IMG/VR virus record: IMGVR_UViG_3300034073_001700
Coordinates: 56,143-120,142 of that record
Direction: 5' to 3' (one strand)
DNA: 64,000 bases
Source of the DNA: a virus
Shown here: piece by piece, positions 48,074 through 58,888 of the stretch
Layout of the letters: every line of letters begins with the position of its first letter
Numbering within the stretch: the stretch's first letter is position 1
Notes under the pieces: generated by a model
Seen by the model: only the letters and a program-made list of their open reading frames with translations
Told to the model about the DNA's origin: nothing
Database searches by the model: none
Made by a program: the position numbers and the translations under genes

Positions 48074-51000
48074 TATATTCTTACACCTCTCAATCCTTGT
48101 GAATTAACTCTTTGAATGTGTGTCATTACTGCCCTTGCGATATCATCTGGGTTGGCATCAGACTTAACATTTACGTTAATACTATAATTATACACTGAAT
48201 CACCAACTGCTTCGCCACTATTAATAGCCTTCATTTTATCTAGACCGTAAGATTGAACAGCATATTTATTCATTACAAATTCTCCAGGAGTAAGCATTGC
48301 TGGTATCTTGTCAGATCCCCTTGCAAATCCTCCTGCTGCTAAATATTTAGGCTTAATAAATCCACCCTTAGATTCAAATAGCATTCCATACTTTCCACCG
48401 CCACCACCGAATGTGGGCTTAGAAGCATTTGAGGCTACGGTTGCTGCAGCCATAGCAGCAAGTTTTGTGCGTTCATCAACGACATTTGGTCCTGTTGTTG
48501 GATTTTTTAAAACATCAGTTAATTCATCTATATGTTCTTTAAGTATAAAATTAATTCCTGTTCCAGCATCTGTTGATTTTCTCAACTCTGTAAGAGAGTC
48601 AATTTGATCCCTAACTTGGTCAGCAGTAAATTCGGTTCCTCCAGGACTTGTAAGAACAACATTGGAGCCTCCACCGCCTCCGCCTCCGCCTCCGCCACCT
48701 GGGCTTCCTCCTGGGCCTTCAACTGTACTGCCAACAACGTAGTTTACGGTTACAGTAACGCTTTTATCTTTTATAGAATCATATAAATCTTTAATTCTCT
48801 TCCAAGTTTCTTCAGCAGTCATTGTGTCTTTATTAAATAGAGCAAGTGCATCAGCAATATCTTTTCTTAGTTTTTCATCCATCAGAGTTTGTTGAGCAAG
48901 CATTTGCTCCCACTGCTCTCTAGTCATTCCAGCAATTTCTCTGTTACGATCATTAGCCTCAATAATATTTCCAAGTTTAATTAATTGATATTCTAAAGCA
49001 AGATTTTTAACAGTTTCAATATCAAGTTGTTGCTGTAATGGGAAAATCTTATCTTGTTCAATCTGGTATATTCTTTCTTCGTGTTCTCTAATCTTAAGTA
49101 ATTTATCTTCTCGTTTTTCTTCAATAGTATAGATAGCATCCTTGGCCTCTTGAATACTTTTTTCAAGTGCTAATCTTGTAGGGTCATTTTCTAGTGCATA
49201 AATTTCTCTTGATATCTGCCAACGGCGCTCCTCAATTTGTTCTCTAGTCATACCTTGAGCATTTGTCAAAGCATCGATAGCATTTTCTCTTGCTTGTCCA
49301 AGAACATCGGATTGGCTCGTAGCAAAGTCTTCTGCACTTGATGCCCTCATATCTTGTGCTGCTCGTGCTGCTGCAGCGATATCTCCTTGTGTCAAGGCAT
49401 CTGCAAGATCTAACTGTTGTTCTTGCTGCCTAATAATAGACTCATTAACCTTTTGAACTTCTTCCAATGCTTTTGCTTGGTCTTCATATGTATCATTAAT
49501 TTTCTTTGCCTGGTAATCCATGACCTCAAGATCGTTGGACAATATATTGGACTCATCTTGAAGCGTCTTAATTGGACGCTCATACTGCATCTCTATTTCA
49601 CGTTCCCAATCGCTTATCTGTTCTTTAAGATCTTCTAAGACATACTTTAGTTTTCCAGTTACCTTCTTGCCGTCAACTGTTAAATCGAACTCGGCAACAT
49701 CCATATTTTCAATAGATCTTTCAATCTGTTCAATTTCTGAACGAATCATAGAAATCTGATGTTCATAAATTGCTAGTTGTGCATTTAATTCTGCAAGTGT
49801 TTCATTACTTTCAGCGCTCAATCTTTCTAATTGCTTAAAGTTTTTACTGTTAAACTGGCTTACTCCTGTCTCGTCACCAAATCCAGAGGCTTGAGACTTT
49901 AGTGTATACTGATCCATCGTCCTATATGCATCAAAAACCTTCATCGCTGCATCGTATGCTTTTTGGAATCTTTCAAGAGGAGTCATCAAATTCTTTTCTA
50001 AATCCTTGGCAACTTCTGCATTATTTATAAAATCAAACAATTGCTTAAATCCATCTTCTGCCTTTAAGGTTCCAGCATTTATTGCTTCCATAATTGCAAC
50101 CATGGATATTAAATCTTCTGGATCTTGTATTGCATCATATATAGATGTGATGCTTAAGGAAACCTGATTACCTTGGTCATCTATAGTTTTTAATTGGCTT
50201 AAGAAATTGATAAGGTCTGGAGCCTTTTGAAGTGCCGAAATTCTTGTTTCGCTTTGCTGGGTTTTATCTGTTATACTTTTGATTTGTTCTCTTAATAATG
50301 CTTGTTTTTGTAATGCAGCATTTGTCTGTAACTCTTTCTTAGTTATTTCTCCAGTGGCAATAGCAGTTACATATGCCTGATTTTCCATAGCCTTTTCTAT
50401 TTCTAAATTAGACAAACCTAATCCCTTTAGTGTTTTATATGCCACCTCTTGTTCTTTTAGACTCTTTAATAAATCTTTTTGTGCTAACTGGAATTCTCCA
50501 ACTACCGCCTTGTCAAATGCTTGGCGCATTGTATTACCTTTTTCTGTTAATACAAAGTCACCCTTCTTAAACTTAACAGTTCGTGTTTGCATTTTGCCAG
50601 TTTCATAATCAAACTCTTTGTATTTTCTTTTTCCAGCCTTAGTAGCGGTTGCACCAAATTTCTTTTGTTCTTGAGGATCAAGTCCAGTAATGTAGTTAAT
50701 GAAGTCTCTGCTTAGGCCTTGCTTCATCATCTGCTGCTCAATACCCACAAACTTATCGGCTACTGATTTATCTCCAGATGCAGCAATTGCCTTTTGTAAT
50801 TCTTTAAAGCCTCCTGCTGCATTTATGGCCGCATTTCTAACATTTTTTAATCTAGCGAGTATATCAGCAAAAGGATTCTTTTTAGAGCCATCGTTTGGTG
50901 TATTAACAGATGAAGCAGCATTACTTTCAATATCCTGCCTTACTCTTTGCATTGTCCTGTCGGCAGCCAAATATTGTCTTACTGACTCTCTTCCAGCCTC

Positions 51001-54000
51001 AGTTCGATAATAATCTGCTACGGTTGAAGCGCCACCAGCAGCGTCTATTCGTTGTGCTATTTCTGAATCAATTGCATCATCCGTAATAAATTTGTGCAAT
51101 GTTACATATTCTTGTATTACTGTTTTTTTAGTTTCATCGTCAAGATTTTCAAATTCTGACCATCTTTCCAATATACCCTCTAAACTTACACCCCCCAACT
51201 CTTCAACTTCTGTTAATGCCTTAAGTGTAAATGGACCTTTGTGGTCTTCTACTGCCTGCAAAGAATCGGCCAAATCATTTAATCTTTCTGTTGCATCCTC
51301 GCCCTCAAAAAATGCTTTTAGATCTACTTCTTTACCATCCATTTTTTGCAGCAATGCAATTGATGACATTAACTTATCTGCTTGTTCTGGATTTTCTTTT
51401 GACATCTTAACAAGCATTTTAATATTTTTCTTGCCAACCTTGGGATCCATTCCACTAAAGAAATTAACTATCTCCATAAACTTTCCTGGATCTTGGTACT
51501 TAAGTGCTGCGTTTAATGTTTTCTGAAGTCCCTTTTCATCCTCAGCAAACATTGTCATCAATGAGGTAGCAGCCATAGGGCTTAATTGTCCAGAAGCAAC
51601 TACAGTATCTATTATAACTTCTAACTCTTTGCTGTCAAGGTTGGCAGCCTGCTTTAAAAATGCTTCTGTCATGGGATCATCTGCCCATTTTGTTTTTACT
51701 TGACTCTTCAAAGAATCAAAAAATGCATCCTCTATTGCACCTCTTTGTTGTGCTACCTTAAATGATGCCAACTGATCTTTCATAATATCTTTATTTACCA
51801 ATCTTAATTCTTTTGACTGTGACTCTTGATCAGATTTTAATTTTGCAATTTTTTCATCTAACTCTGCCTGTTTTGCTTTATCAGTTGTTGAGGCTTTTTG
51901 TTTTTCTAATATCGCAATTTCTTTTTCATATTGCAAATTCAATGAGTCTATCTGTGCCTGATTGAACTCTAAGTTTTGTGCACCGTAAGCAGCAGCGCCT
52001 GAAGCCATGGCTTCTCCAGCAGTTTGAGTAAACATTTCTGCTGCAGAGTATTGTAAAAATCCTGGAGCCAGCCTATCTCCCAGAGAAGTTCCTTGTAGTA
52101 AGCCTCCCAGTGCTGTCATAGGACCAATTCCTGGAATAACTATTTTTGAAGCCTGAGAAATAAGATTTTCAGCACTAGTGTTATAACTTGATAAGTTATT
52201 TGCTAGTCCGCCACTTATCTGCTCTGAAACATCCCTTTGAGCATTAACTAGATTTACTCTTACCTCAAGAGGATTTTTTAGTAGATCCTCACCACTTGGT
52301 CCTATTAAGTCTAATAACTCAGCACTAATTTTTGCACCTAATGCAGTATTCCTTAAATTTAAACCTATCGCTTCCGCAACACTATGAGCCTGTTCTGCAG
52401 ACAAAATACCATCTGATACATATCCTGCTAGTTGGATAGACATTTGTTGAGCAGAAACCTCTGCTCCATTTCTAACAATGTTTTCTTTTATTCCTTCAAA
52501 TACTTCTTTGCCAACTTCGCTCTCTAAAAATGTAGTTCCAAATGGCTGCTTTCCTCTTTCAAAACCAGTAACAAATCTATCTGACGCTTGCTGATTTCTT
52601 CTTTTTGACATTATTTCTGATGCGCCAACCTTATTTGTTATTTCCCCAATTCTAGCCATTCTTGCTGTGGTAGATGTTGTAGCATCAACTAGTTTAGATG
52701 TTGCCTCTGCCTGATCCCTACTCTTTTTATTTAAGTAAATAAGCGTTCCCCCAAGGGCTAAGGCTGCTGCTCCTGCTGCTACATAAGGATTCATAAGCAT
52801 AGGAGCCATACCAGCGACTGCTGATGCTCCCATTAATCCCATGCCCATACCCGTATTTCCAGAAAACATTGCTGCCATACCAGCAGTTCCAAGAGCCATT
52901 GACATACCGCCAGAGAATCTACCAACTCTTTCCTGACTTGCCATTCTTCTATCCTGTGCTGCCTTTTTTTCACTTTGCTTTTTTGCTTTTAATTCTCTAT
53001 CCTGACCTTCTTTAACAGCAGCATCATAGTTTGTCATATATGCATAATTTAATTTATCACGTCTTACTTGTTCAGCAAATGCTTTTTTAGAAGCCTCTGC
53101 TGATTTCTTTTGAACATTTGCCTGTTCTCTTTGTCTGTAGGCCTCAGTTCTTGCTGCTTTTTCTGATGCAGCAGTTTGTGTTTCTTTAATTCTAAGTTCT
53201 TTCTTTGCCAACTTTTTTAAAATTTTATCAATTTCACTTTGGCTATATCCCTTACTGCGTAGGTCAGCAGCAATATTTCCTTGACGAACTGTAGGATTTT
53301 TTACTGTTGTATCTCCTGGAGTTCCTGTTATTCTGCCTGGTAGTAATGGAACTGGACGAACTCCTCCACCTCTAGGATAATATGTGTATTTCTTTTCATC
53401 TCCCAGGATGGTGTCTTTTGGACTACCGCCAAGACGCTGCGCTCCTGAAGGTGCTGACTGACCTCCACGAACAATAGAAACCTCTCCTGTCTTATTATTA
53501 ACACGAATCTCACCAGGTGCTACCAAAACCTTTCCTGACTGTGCTGCAGAAAGATCCATCAATCTTCCTGGCTTTATTGTGCTACCTGGATCAAGTACAG
53601 CCTGGAGCGCCTGCATGTGTGTAACAGAACTCTTAGACAAAAATCGCTTTGGAATCTTATTGCCTCTTGCAGATGCTTCTAATGCCAATTGATCTAACTG
53701 GGCAGACCTCGCTACTAATGCTCTTTCTGTTGCATTTATTGGATGCCTTCCTTTAGACATAAACTCTGCTGCTTTTTGATATTCATTTATCTGTGCTACA
53801 TTTAAAAATGGATTACCCTTCTTTCCAGCAGCAAGTAATTCCATTTGTTTTTTATTCCAATTTACAATTTCCAATGGGCTCTTTTGTCTTCTCATATAGT
53901 CATTTACGATTCTGGCATCATACATTCCAAAGCCAGTCTTCATAGACTGTGATCCCTGACGCTCTCCTAATTGATGTCCTTGTAGGTGAGATAACTCTGG

Positions 54001-57000
54001 TCTTAATAAATATCTAATATCGGCATCGGCATATCCTGCCCGACTTAATAGTTGACCCGCTCTTGTCTTAACAGAGTCTCCTCTTCTTGCCAAGAAGGAC
54101 TTCCTTTCTTCATCAGCAATTGCCCTTACAGTCTTGGACAATAAAGAACTTCCGCCACCAGCACCCTTGTTAGATGTCTGTAAATCAAAAGCAAATGCTG
54201 ATGCGTTTAGTGCTCTTGACTTACTTAAATCTCCTCCGCCAACAAATCTACCACTTGCATCTGGTCTTAGTCCCATTCTATAAAGACCACGTTCAAGGAT
54301 ATGTTCTTTAGTTCTTGCATGTTTTATTTGATTGTCTGGATCTCTAGAGAATTTATCCATATCTGCTTTAGAAACATAAAGAGTTTGATCTCCAACTTTA
54401 ACTGGAACCATATCCTTTAGTACTTGTGCAAATTGACTTTGTCTAGCAGATTGGAATGATCCTTGACCTTTCCATGCTTTCTCAATTTGTGCTGCCCTAT
54501 CTGGATTGGTTGACTTTAATCTTTCTAAATCTCTTGCAAACTCATTATCAAAATCATTAACCAGTTGTGAAGATATTCTAGACATTTGACTTTCTGCAAC
54601 CATATACTTGGATAACGCCCTTTGCATACTTCTTTCATTTTGAGAAGGATCGAGACCAACCTCATACTTAGGTACTTTTTGTCCAGCAGCAACATGAACA
54701 GAATGTAGTTTTTGCCAATCTACTTTTTTGCCAGCGTCTAATCTAGCATACATATTTTCATAAACTTGTTTTTCTACAGGATTCAAATTCCAACTATCGA
54801 TAAGTTTTCTAAGTTTAGGAAGGGATTTGTCTATTTCTTTAACAATCATTTGCTCATATTGCTTAGGAGTCATCTTTGCTGCTAAAGCAGATGTTTCCTG
54901 TGCAAAGAACTTCTTAGCGCCACCCTTTACTCCAAGAAGATTAATCATACCCATCTCTCCCATTCCAGGAAGAACTGTTTGATAATCTCTAAATCCAGAG
55001 GCTCTTGCAAATACTCCAGCAGTGCCAGGATCTGCTAAAACCTTACCAAATACATTTGAAGGAGATAAATCTTTATCCGCTCTCAAGGTAGATGCCACTA
55101 ACTGAGTAGTCATTTCTTTTTGAGTAAACTTACCAGTAGATTCTGCAATTCTATTATCATATGGGGATTCGAGAACAATAATCTTTCTCTTACGGGCAGG
55201 ATCTGTTGGATCCATCATTGTCTTAATGGTTTGCTTTGGAGATACTAAACCATGAACCTTTCTTGCTATCTCTGTAGCACGAACCTCAGCCAATGCTGTC
55301 TTTTCATCCATTGTTGGTTTAACTACTACCATCTTGCCGTCTGGCTTTCTGTATACCCCGCCAACTCCAGGTATTGGGAAACTACGACCAGAGAATGGTT
55401 GTACCAAGGTTCCAAAATCTGTAGGCTTCATCTTTCCAAATCTGCCAGACTTAACTGCTTTATCTATTTGATCTGCGACTAATCTTTGTGACTGTGTCTC
55501 TGCAAAACTCTTAGGACCCTTTAGATCTATTGGACCAGTTTGTTTTGTTGGATGAGCATTTCCCCAAGGTAATCGTCCTGTGCTAAATCCAGGAACTTTA
55601 TCTTGGAACATTGCAGTAATTAGGCCACGATACTTCTGTGAAGTTTTTGCTGGTATGATTGCTTCACCTGGAGAAACCATTGCAGGTACAACATCTCCAG
55701 CCCCCTTAGGTCCTGGAACACTTATAACGCCATCGGCATACTTTTTAACTGGTGGCAATCCCTTAACTGCTGTTCTTGCTCCTGCTGCACCACCCATAAA
55801 CAAACCTGGATTTTGAGCAGCCAGCGCTCTCATCTGTGTGCTTAATGCTCCATAGGATGCAGAAAGTTGCTGAATTGCAACCTTTTCAACATTAAATACT
55901 TCGGTTAATCTAGTGTGAGTATTATGAAGTGCTTGAGATGCTGCTTGGTTTTCTAATTCTTGTTGTGTAACATAATCAAAACCGCCACCAAGTATTTTAT
56001 TTTGTCCATTAAGTTTTGCTATTCCCCCACGCAATACTGCAAATAGTTTAATTAAGTTTGCTACGCCGTTAGCAACTAGACCAAATGTCATAAGGGCAAT
56101 AGGGCCAATGCCAGCAAGTACTGCGGTTACTACAGCAAATACCTTTTTTGTACCGTCACTTAGTCCATTAAATTTTTCTAATAAACTGGAGAAGAATTTT
56201 ACTACTGGAGTTAAAGCCTCTAGGAATGCCTTTCCTAATGGCATAATATCTTGCTTGAATTGTTCCATTGCTGCCTGGAATTTAAACCCAGTTGCTTCTT
56301 CAATTTTTTTCATTTCTCGTTCAGACATAACTGCTAATTCTTCAATAGATGCGCCAGCCAAATCGAATGCTCTTGACGCCTGAGATCCGTCCCTGACAAC
56401 ATTCTGGAATAGTGTTGATAAACGAGCAAACTGGAATTTACCAAACAACTGCTCAATTGCACGTGCACGAGTAAGAGGATCTAGTTCATCTAAGGCTCTT
56501 GCGAATCCTACAACAACACCCTTAATGTCTCCCTGATTAGCCTCAACAATTCCGTTTATGTTAACGCCCATATCAGCAAGCATCTTGCTTGCTTTTTCTG
56601 TTGGGTTGATAAGAGAGGCAAGGCCTGACTTAAGTGCGTTTGCACCCTGTGATGCATTAATACCGCCTTCCTTCATTGCTGTTAAAAAGAATGCAAGGTC
56701 TTCAACGGTACCACCCAACTGCTTAACTACTGGAGCGGCCTTAGGAATTGCAATCGTTAAATCTTCAATAGAAAGCAAAGTTTGGTTTTCAACAGCATTA
56801 AGAAAGTTAATCTTTTCTGCAAGTTGATCTGATGATAAGCCAAAAGCAGTCTGCAAAGAAATAGTTGTTTCCAGTGCCTGCTGTTGCTCTACCTGCCCAA
56901 GCACTGCTAACTTGCTTGCTGTTTTGATTTGCTGCTCTAAATCTCTACCCTGAAAGCCTGCTGCAGCAGCATCTGCAGCCATAGCCATTGTGTCCTTAAC

Positions 57001-57795
57001 TGCAACACCAAACTTAACATATTCGTTTGCTATTGTTCTTACATTTTCTACAGCAGCATTAGTCTCTGCTTCATTTGTAAATGCGTCACCATAAACACGT
57101 CTAAACTTTATTATTTCTTTTTCTAATTCTCTAAATGACTTTGCTGCATAGCCACCCAACATGGCCAATGGTATTGTTAAACCAACCATCAACTGACGAC
57201 CAGCCCACTGCGTGTTCTTACCAAAGTTTAAAAGTTGTGTTGAACCTTGTCTTAATAATTGATTTAAGAATTGTTGTCTTTGTGCTGCATATTGAATTCT
57301 AGTTCCAAGTTCTGTAAATTGACCATTAGCCATCATCAGCGTTCTTGGCATAATTCGCATTGCATTAACAAAGCCACCCTGAGCCTTGGCCATTTGTATG
57401 TATTGTGACTGTAGTGCTTTTACTCTATCTCTACGTGCACGGTTAATTATCTCACGCTCTTGTGCAAACATCCTAGATAAAGTTCTAGTATTAGCCGTAG
57501 CGGCAGCAGCAGAATATCTAAAATATTCTTTAAGACTTAATTTATTTTTTTCTAAAGCAGTTGTAAAAGCAAGTGTACTAGTTGCAACTGCTTTTTGACT
57601 TACAGCAAACTTTCCATTTGCAGCGATGCTTTGTGCTAGGGCAGCATTAAGGCCCTTCTGAGCATTGGCAGCAGCAAGATTACCTTCGGCTAAAGTTTGA
57701 TGGAATTTACTTAAACCTGCCTGAAGTCGTCTTAACTGACCAAGTGCACCAGCCGTGTCAAAATCTATGCCTATACGAGCATTAACATCTGACAC
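48073..57795 (-). CDS. tape measure protein (TP901-type core) with internal enzymatic cassette(s)
   Basis: 3240 aa, helical and Ala-rich, TM segments, follows the tail chaperones; kinase-like motifs at aa ~810-925. Confidence 0.92.
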   Translation of the reverse strand: MSDVNARIGIDFDTAGALGQLRRLQAGLSKFHQTLAEGNLAAANAQKGLNAALAQSIAANGKFAVSQKAVATSTLAFTTALEKNKLSLKEYFRYSAAAATANTRTLSRMFAQEREIINRARRDRVKALQSQYIQMAKAQGGFVNAMRIMPRTLMMANGQFTELGTRIQYAAQRQQFLNQLLRQGSTQLLNFGKNTQWAGRQLMVGLTIPLAMLGGYAAKSFRELEKEIIKFRRVYGDAFTNEAETNAAVENVRTIANEYVKFGVAVKDTMAMAADAAAAGFQGRDLEQQIKTASKLAVLGQVEQQQALETTISLQTAFGLSSDQLAEKINFLNAVENQTLLSIEDLTIAIPKAAPVVKQLGGTVEDLAFFLTAMKEGGINASQGANALKSGLASLINPTEKASKMLADMGVNINGIVEANQGDIKGVVVGFARALDELDPLTRARAIEQLFGKFQFARLSTLFQNVVRDGSQASRAFDLAGASIEELAVMSEREMKKIEEATGFKFQAAMEQFKQDIMPLGKAFLEALTPVVKFFSSLLEKFNGLSDGTKKVFAVVTAVLAGIGPIALMTFGLVANGVANLIKLFAVLRGGIAKLNGQNKILGGGFDYVTQQELENQAASQALHNTHTRLTEVFNVEKVAIQQLSASYGALSTQMRALAAQNPGLFMGGAAGARTAVKGLPPVKKYADGVISVPGPKGAGDVVPAMVSPGEAIIPAKTSQKYRGLITAMFQDKVPGFSTGRLPWGNAHPTKQTGPIDLKGPKSFAETQSQRLVADQIDKAVKSGRFGKMKPTDFGTLVQPFSGRSFPIPGVGGVYRKPDGKMVVVKPTMDEKTALAEVRATEIARKVHGLVSPKQTIKTMMDPTDPARKRKIIVLESPYDNRIAESTGKFTQKEMTTQLVASTLRADKDLSPSNVFGKVLADPGTAGVFARASGFRDYQTVLPGMGEMGMINLLGVKGGAKKFFAQETSALAAKMTPKQYEQMIVKEIDKSLPKLRKLIDSWNLNPVEKQVYENMYARLDAGKKVDWQKLHSVHVAAGQKVPKYEVGLDPSQNERSMQRALSKYMVAESQMSRISSQLVNDFDNEFARDLERLKSTNPDRAAQIEKAWKGQGSFQSARQSQFAQVLKDMVPVKVGDQTLYVSKADMDKFSRDPDNQIKHARTKEHILERGLYRMGLRPDASGRFVGGGDLSKSRALNASAFAFDLQTSNKGAGGGSSLLSKTVRAIADEERKSFLARRGDSVKTRAGQLLSRAGYADADIRYLLRPELSHLQGHQLGERQGSQSMKTGFGMYDARIVNDYMRRQKSPLEIVNWNKKQMELLAAGKKGNPFLNVAQINEYQKAAEFMSKGRHPINATERALVARSAQLDQLALEASARGNKIPKRFLSKSSVTHMQALQAVLDPGSTIKPGRLMDLSAAQSGKVLVAPGEIRVNNKTGEVSIVRGGQSAPSGAQRLGGSPKDTILGDEKKYTYYPRGGGVRPVPLLPGRITGTPGDTTVKNPTVRQGNIAADLRSKGYSQSEIDKILKKLAKKELRIKETQTAASEKAARTEAYRQREQANVQKKSAEASKKAFAEQVRRDKLNYAYMTNYDAAVKEGQDRELKAKKQSEKKAAQDRRMASQERVGRFSGGMSMALGTAGMAAMFSGNTGMGMGLMGASAVAGMAPMLMNPYVAAGAAALALGGTLIYLNKKSRDQAEATSKLVDATTSTTARMARIGEITNKVGASEIMSKRRNQQASDRFVTGFERGKQPFGTTFLESEVGKEVFEGIKENIVRNGAEVSAQQMSIQLAGYVSDGILSAEQAHSVAEAIGLNLRNTALGAKISAELLDLIGPSGEDLLKNPLEVRVNLVNAQRDVSEQISGGLANNLSSYNTSAENLISQASKIVIPGIGPMTALGGLLQGTSLGDRLAPGFLQYSAAEMFTQTAGEAMASGAAAYGAQNLEFNQAQIDSLNLQYEKEIAILEKQKASTTDKAKQAELDEKIAKLKSDQESQSKELRLVNKDIMKDQLASFKVAQQRGAIEDAFFDSLKSQVKTKWADDPMTEAFLKQAANLDSKELEVIIDTVVASGQLSPMAATSLMTMFAEDEKGLQKTLNAALKYQDPGKFMEIVNFFSGMDPKVGKKNIKMLVKMSKENPEQADKLMSSIALLQKMDGKEVDLKAFFEGEDATERLNDLADSLQAVEDHKGPFTLKALTEVEELGGVSLEGILERWSEFENLDDETKKTVIQEYVTLHKFITDDAIDSEIAQRIDAAGGASTVADYYRTEAGRESVRQYLAADRTMQRVRQDIESNAASSVNTPNDGSKKNPFADILARLKNVRNAAINAAGGFKELQKAIAASGDKSVADKFVGIEQQMMKQGLSRDFINYITGLDPQEQKKFGATATKAGKRKYKEFDYETGKMQTRTVKFKKGDFVLTEKGNTMRQAFDKAVVGEFQLAQKDLLKSLKEQEVAYKTLKGLGLSNLEIEKAMENQAYVTAIATGEITKKELQTNAALQKQALLREQIKSITDKTQQSETRISALQKAPDLINFLSQLKTIDDQGNQVSLSITSIYDAIQDPEDLISMVAIMEAINAGTLKAEDGFKQLFDFINNAEVAKDLEKNLMTPLERFQKAYDAAMKVFDAYRTMDQYTLKSQASGFGDETGVSQFNSKNFKQLERLSAESNETLAELNAQLAIYEHQISMIRSEIEQIERSIENMDVAEFDLTVDGKKVTGKLKYVLEDLKEQISDWEREIEMQYERPIKTLQDESNILSNDLEVMDYQAKKINDTYEDQAKALEEVQKVNESIIRQQEQQLDLADALTQGDIAAAARAAQDMRASSAEDFATSQSDVLGQARENAIDALTNAQGMTREQIEERRWQISREIYALENDPTRLALEKSIQEAKDAIYTIEEKREDKLLKIREHEERIYQIEQDKIFPLQQQLDIETVKNLALEYQLIKLGNIIEANDRNREIAGMTREQWEQMLAQQTLMDEKLRKDIADALALFNKDTMTAEETWKRIKDLYDSIKDKSVTVTVNYVVGSTVEGPGGSPGGGGGGGGGGGSNVVLTSPGGTEFTADQVRDQIDSLTELRKSTDAGTGINFILKEHIDELTDVLKNPTTGPNVVDERTKLAAMAAATVASNASKPTFGGGGGKYGMLFESKGGFIKPKYLAAGGFARGSDKIPAMLTPGEFVMNKYAVQSYGLDKMKAINSGEAVGDSVYNYSINVNVKSDANPDDIARAVMTHIQRVNSQGLRGVRI

Positions 57796-57818
57796 TTTTC
57801 ATAACACCTCTTTATCTT

Positions 57819-58151
57819 TTATTTTTTACCGACTGTATTTAGAATATCTGCGGTATCTACACCTTGAAGATTTACTCCAGATGCTACGTCGATTATCTTA
57901 TATACAGTTGGAAGATCGATATTATTTTCTAGTTCCTCACGATCATCGGCAAGTTCTGGCTTGTATTGTTTAAGTGCAATCTGTACACAATCTAGCAATA
58001 CGTCCATTGATTTATCATTATCGTCGGCGACTGATGTTAAGTCCGCAAACCTTTTCATGAAAGGTCTTAGAAGCGAGATTTTTAGTGGTACCGCCTTTAG
58101 TACTGATCCGTCAATTAGTTTAATTTCTGATGGCTGAGTTTTGTCTGCCAT
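57819..58151 (-). CDS. tail assembly chaperone (short, G-like)
   Basis: Between major tail and TMP; paralog of the N-half of 58196..58888; TGGTATAAT plus AAGGAGG. Confidence 0.75.
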   Translation of the reverse strand: MADKTQPSEIKLIDGSVLKAVPLKISLLRPFMKRFADLTSVADDNDKSMDVLLDCVQIALKQYKPELADDREELENNIDLPTVYKIIDVASGVNLQGVDTADILNTVGKK

Positions 58152-58195
58152 TATTCCTCCTTAAGGTAAGTGAAATAATTATACCACAAAGGACT

Positions 58196-58888
58196 TTATT
58201 TTTTTGTTAAATCTTCGTAGTCCAAACCCATGCCAATTCCAAAGCCAGCCTTTTGAGCATTATATCCTTGTAGGGAAGTGATGTCATTAGGGTCTTTTGT
58301 TTTGCCCTTACTGAATACCCTCGACTTCATCTCTTCCCAAGCGTTATTATTATTTTTACCAGTTTGCTTGTCAAGATCTACCCCCTGCATAGCAGCAAGA
58401 AATTTTTTGCTATCATAATCAAGATCTCTTTTTACCTTTAGGGTTGCCATAATTTCTGGCATAGATAAAGAAGACTCTAATTCATCATAGTCTCTCCATA
58501 TGCCAAGCAGAAATAGTTCTGATTCTAGTTTAGCCAAATCTAACGTATCCCATGTGGATCCGCTTTCTATTGCTTGATCCTTTACTGGCTCTTCAGAGTT
58601 TTTATTTATTTTTATACCTGCAGCAATATATAACAATTTGTATATACTTGGTAAATCAATTTTATCTTCCATCTCTTCTATTGTTTTTATTGATGGATAA
58701 TATTGTTGCATGCTAATTAGTGCACATTTTGATAATGCTGACATTGCCTCGTCGTCGTCTCTAGCATTTTTAACTTCTTCAAAAACAACCATAAAATCTC
58801 TTAAGTATTTTACTTTTAATGGCGTAAGAAAAACACTTGTGCCATCAATTAAAATAATATTATCTGTATCATATATTTTTGTTGCCAT
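58196..58888 (-). CDS. tail assembly chaperone (long, GT-like)
   Basis: G-like N-half plus W..YDELE..LSMPE C-half; leaderless TGCTATAAT-N6-ATG 58888. Confidence 0.75.
   Translation of the reverse strand: MATKIYDTDNIILIDGTSVFLTPLKVKYLRDFMVVFEEVKNARDDDEAMSALSKCALISMQQYYPSIKTIEEMEDKIDLPSIYKLLYIAAGIKINKNSEEPVKDQAIESGSTWDTLDLAKLESELFLLGIWRDYDELESSLSMPEIMATLKVKRDLDYDSKKFLAAMQGVDLDKQTGKNNNNAWEEMKSRVFSKGKTKDPNDITSLQGYNAQKAGFGIGMGLDYEDLTKK

Noticed and set aside
57796-57830. Slippery site GGTAAAAAA at the end of the short tail chaperone
   Set aside because: Both shifted frames stop within ~7 codons, and a TGA precedes the TMP start, so no extended product is possible.
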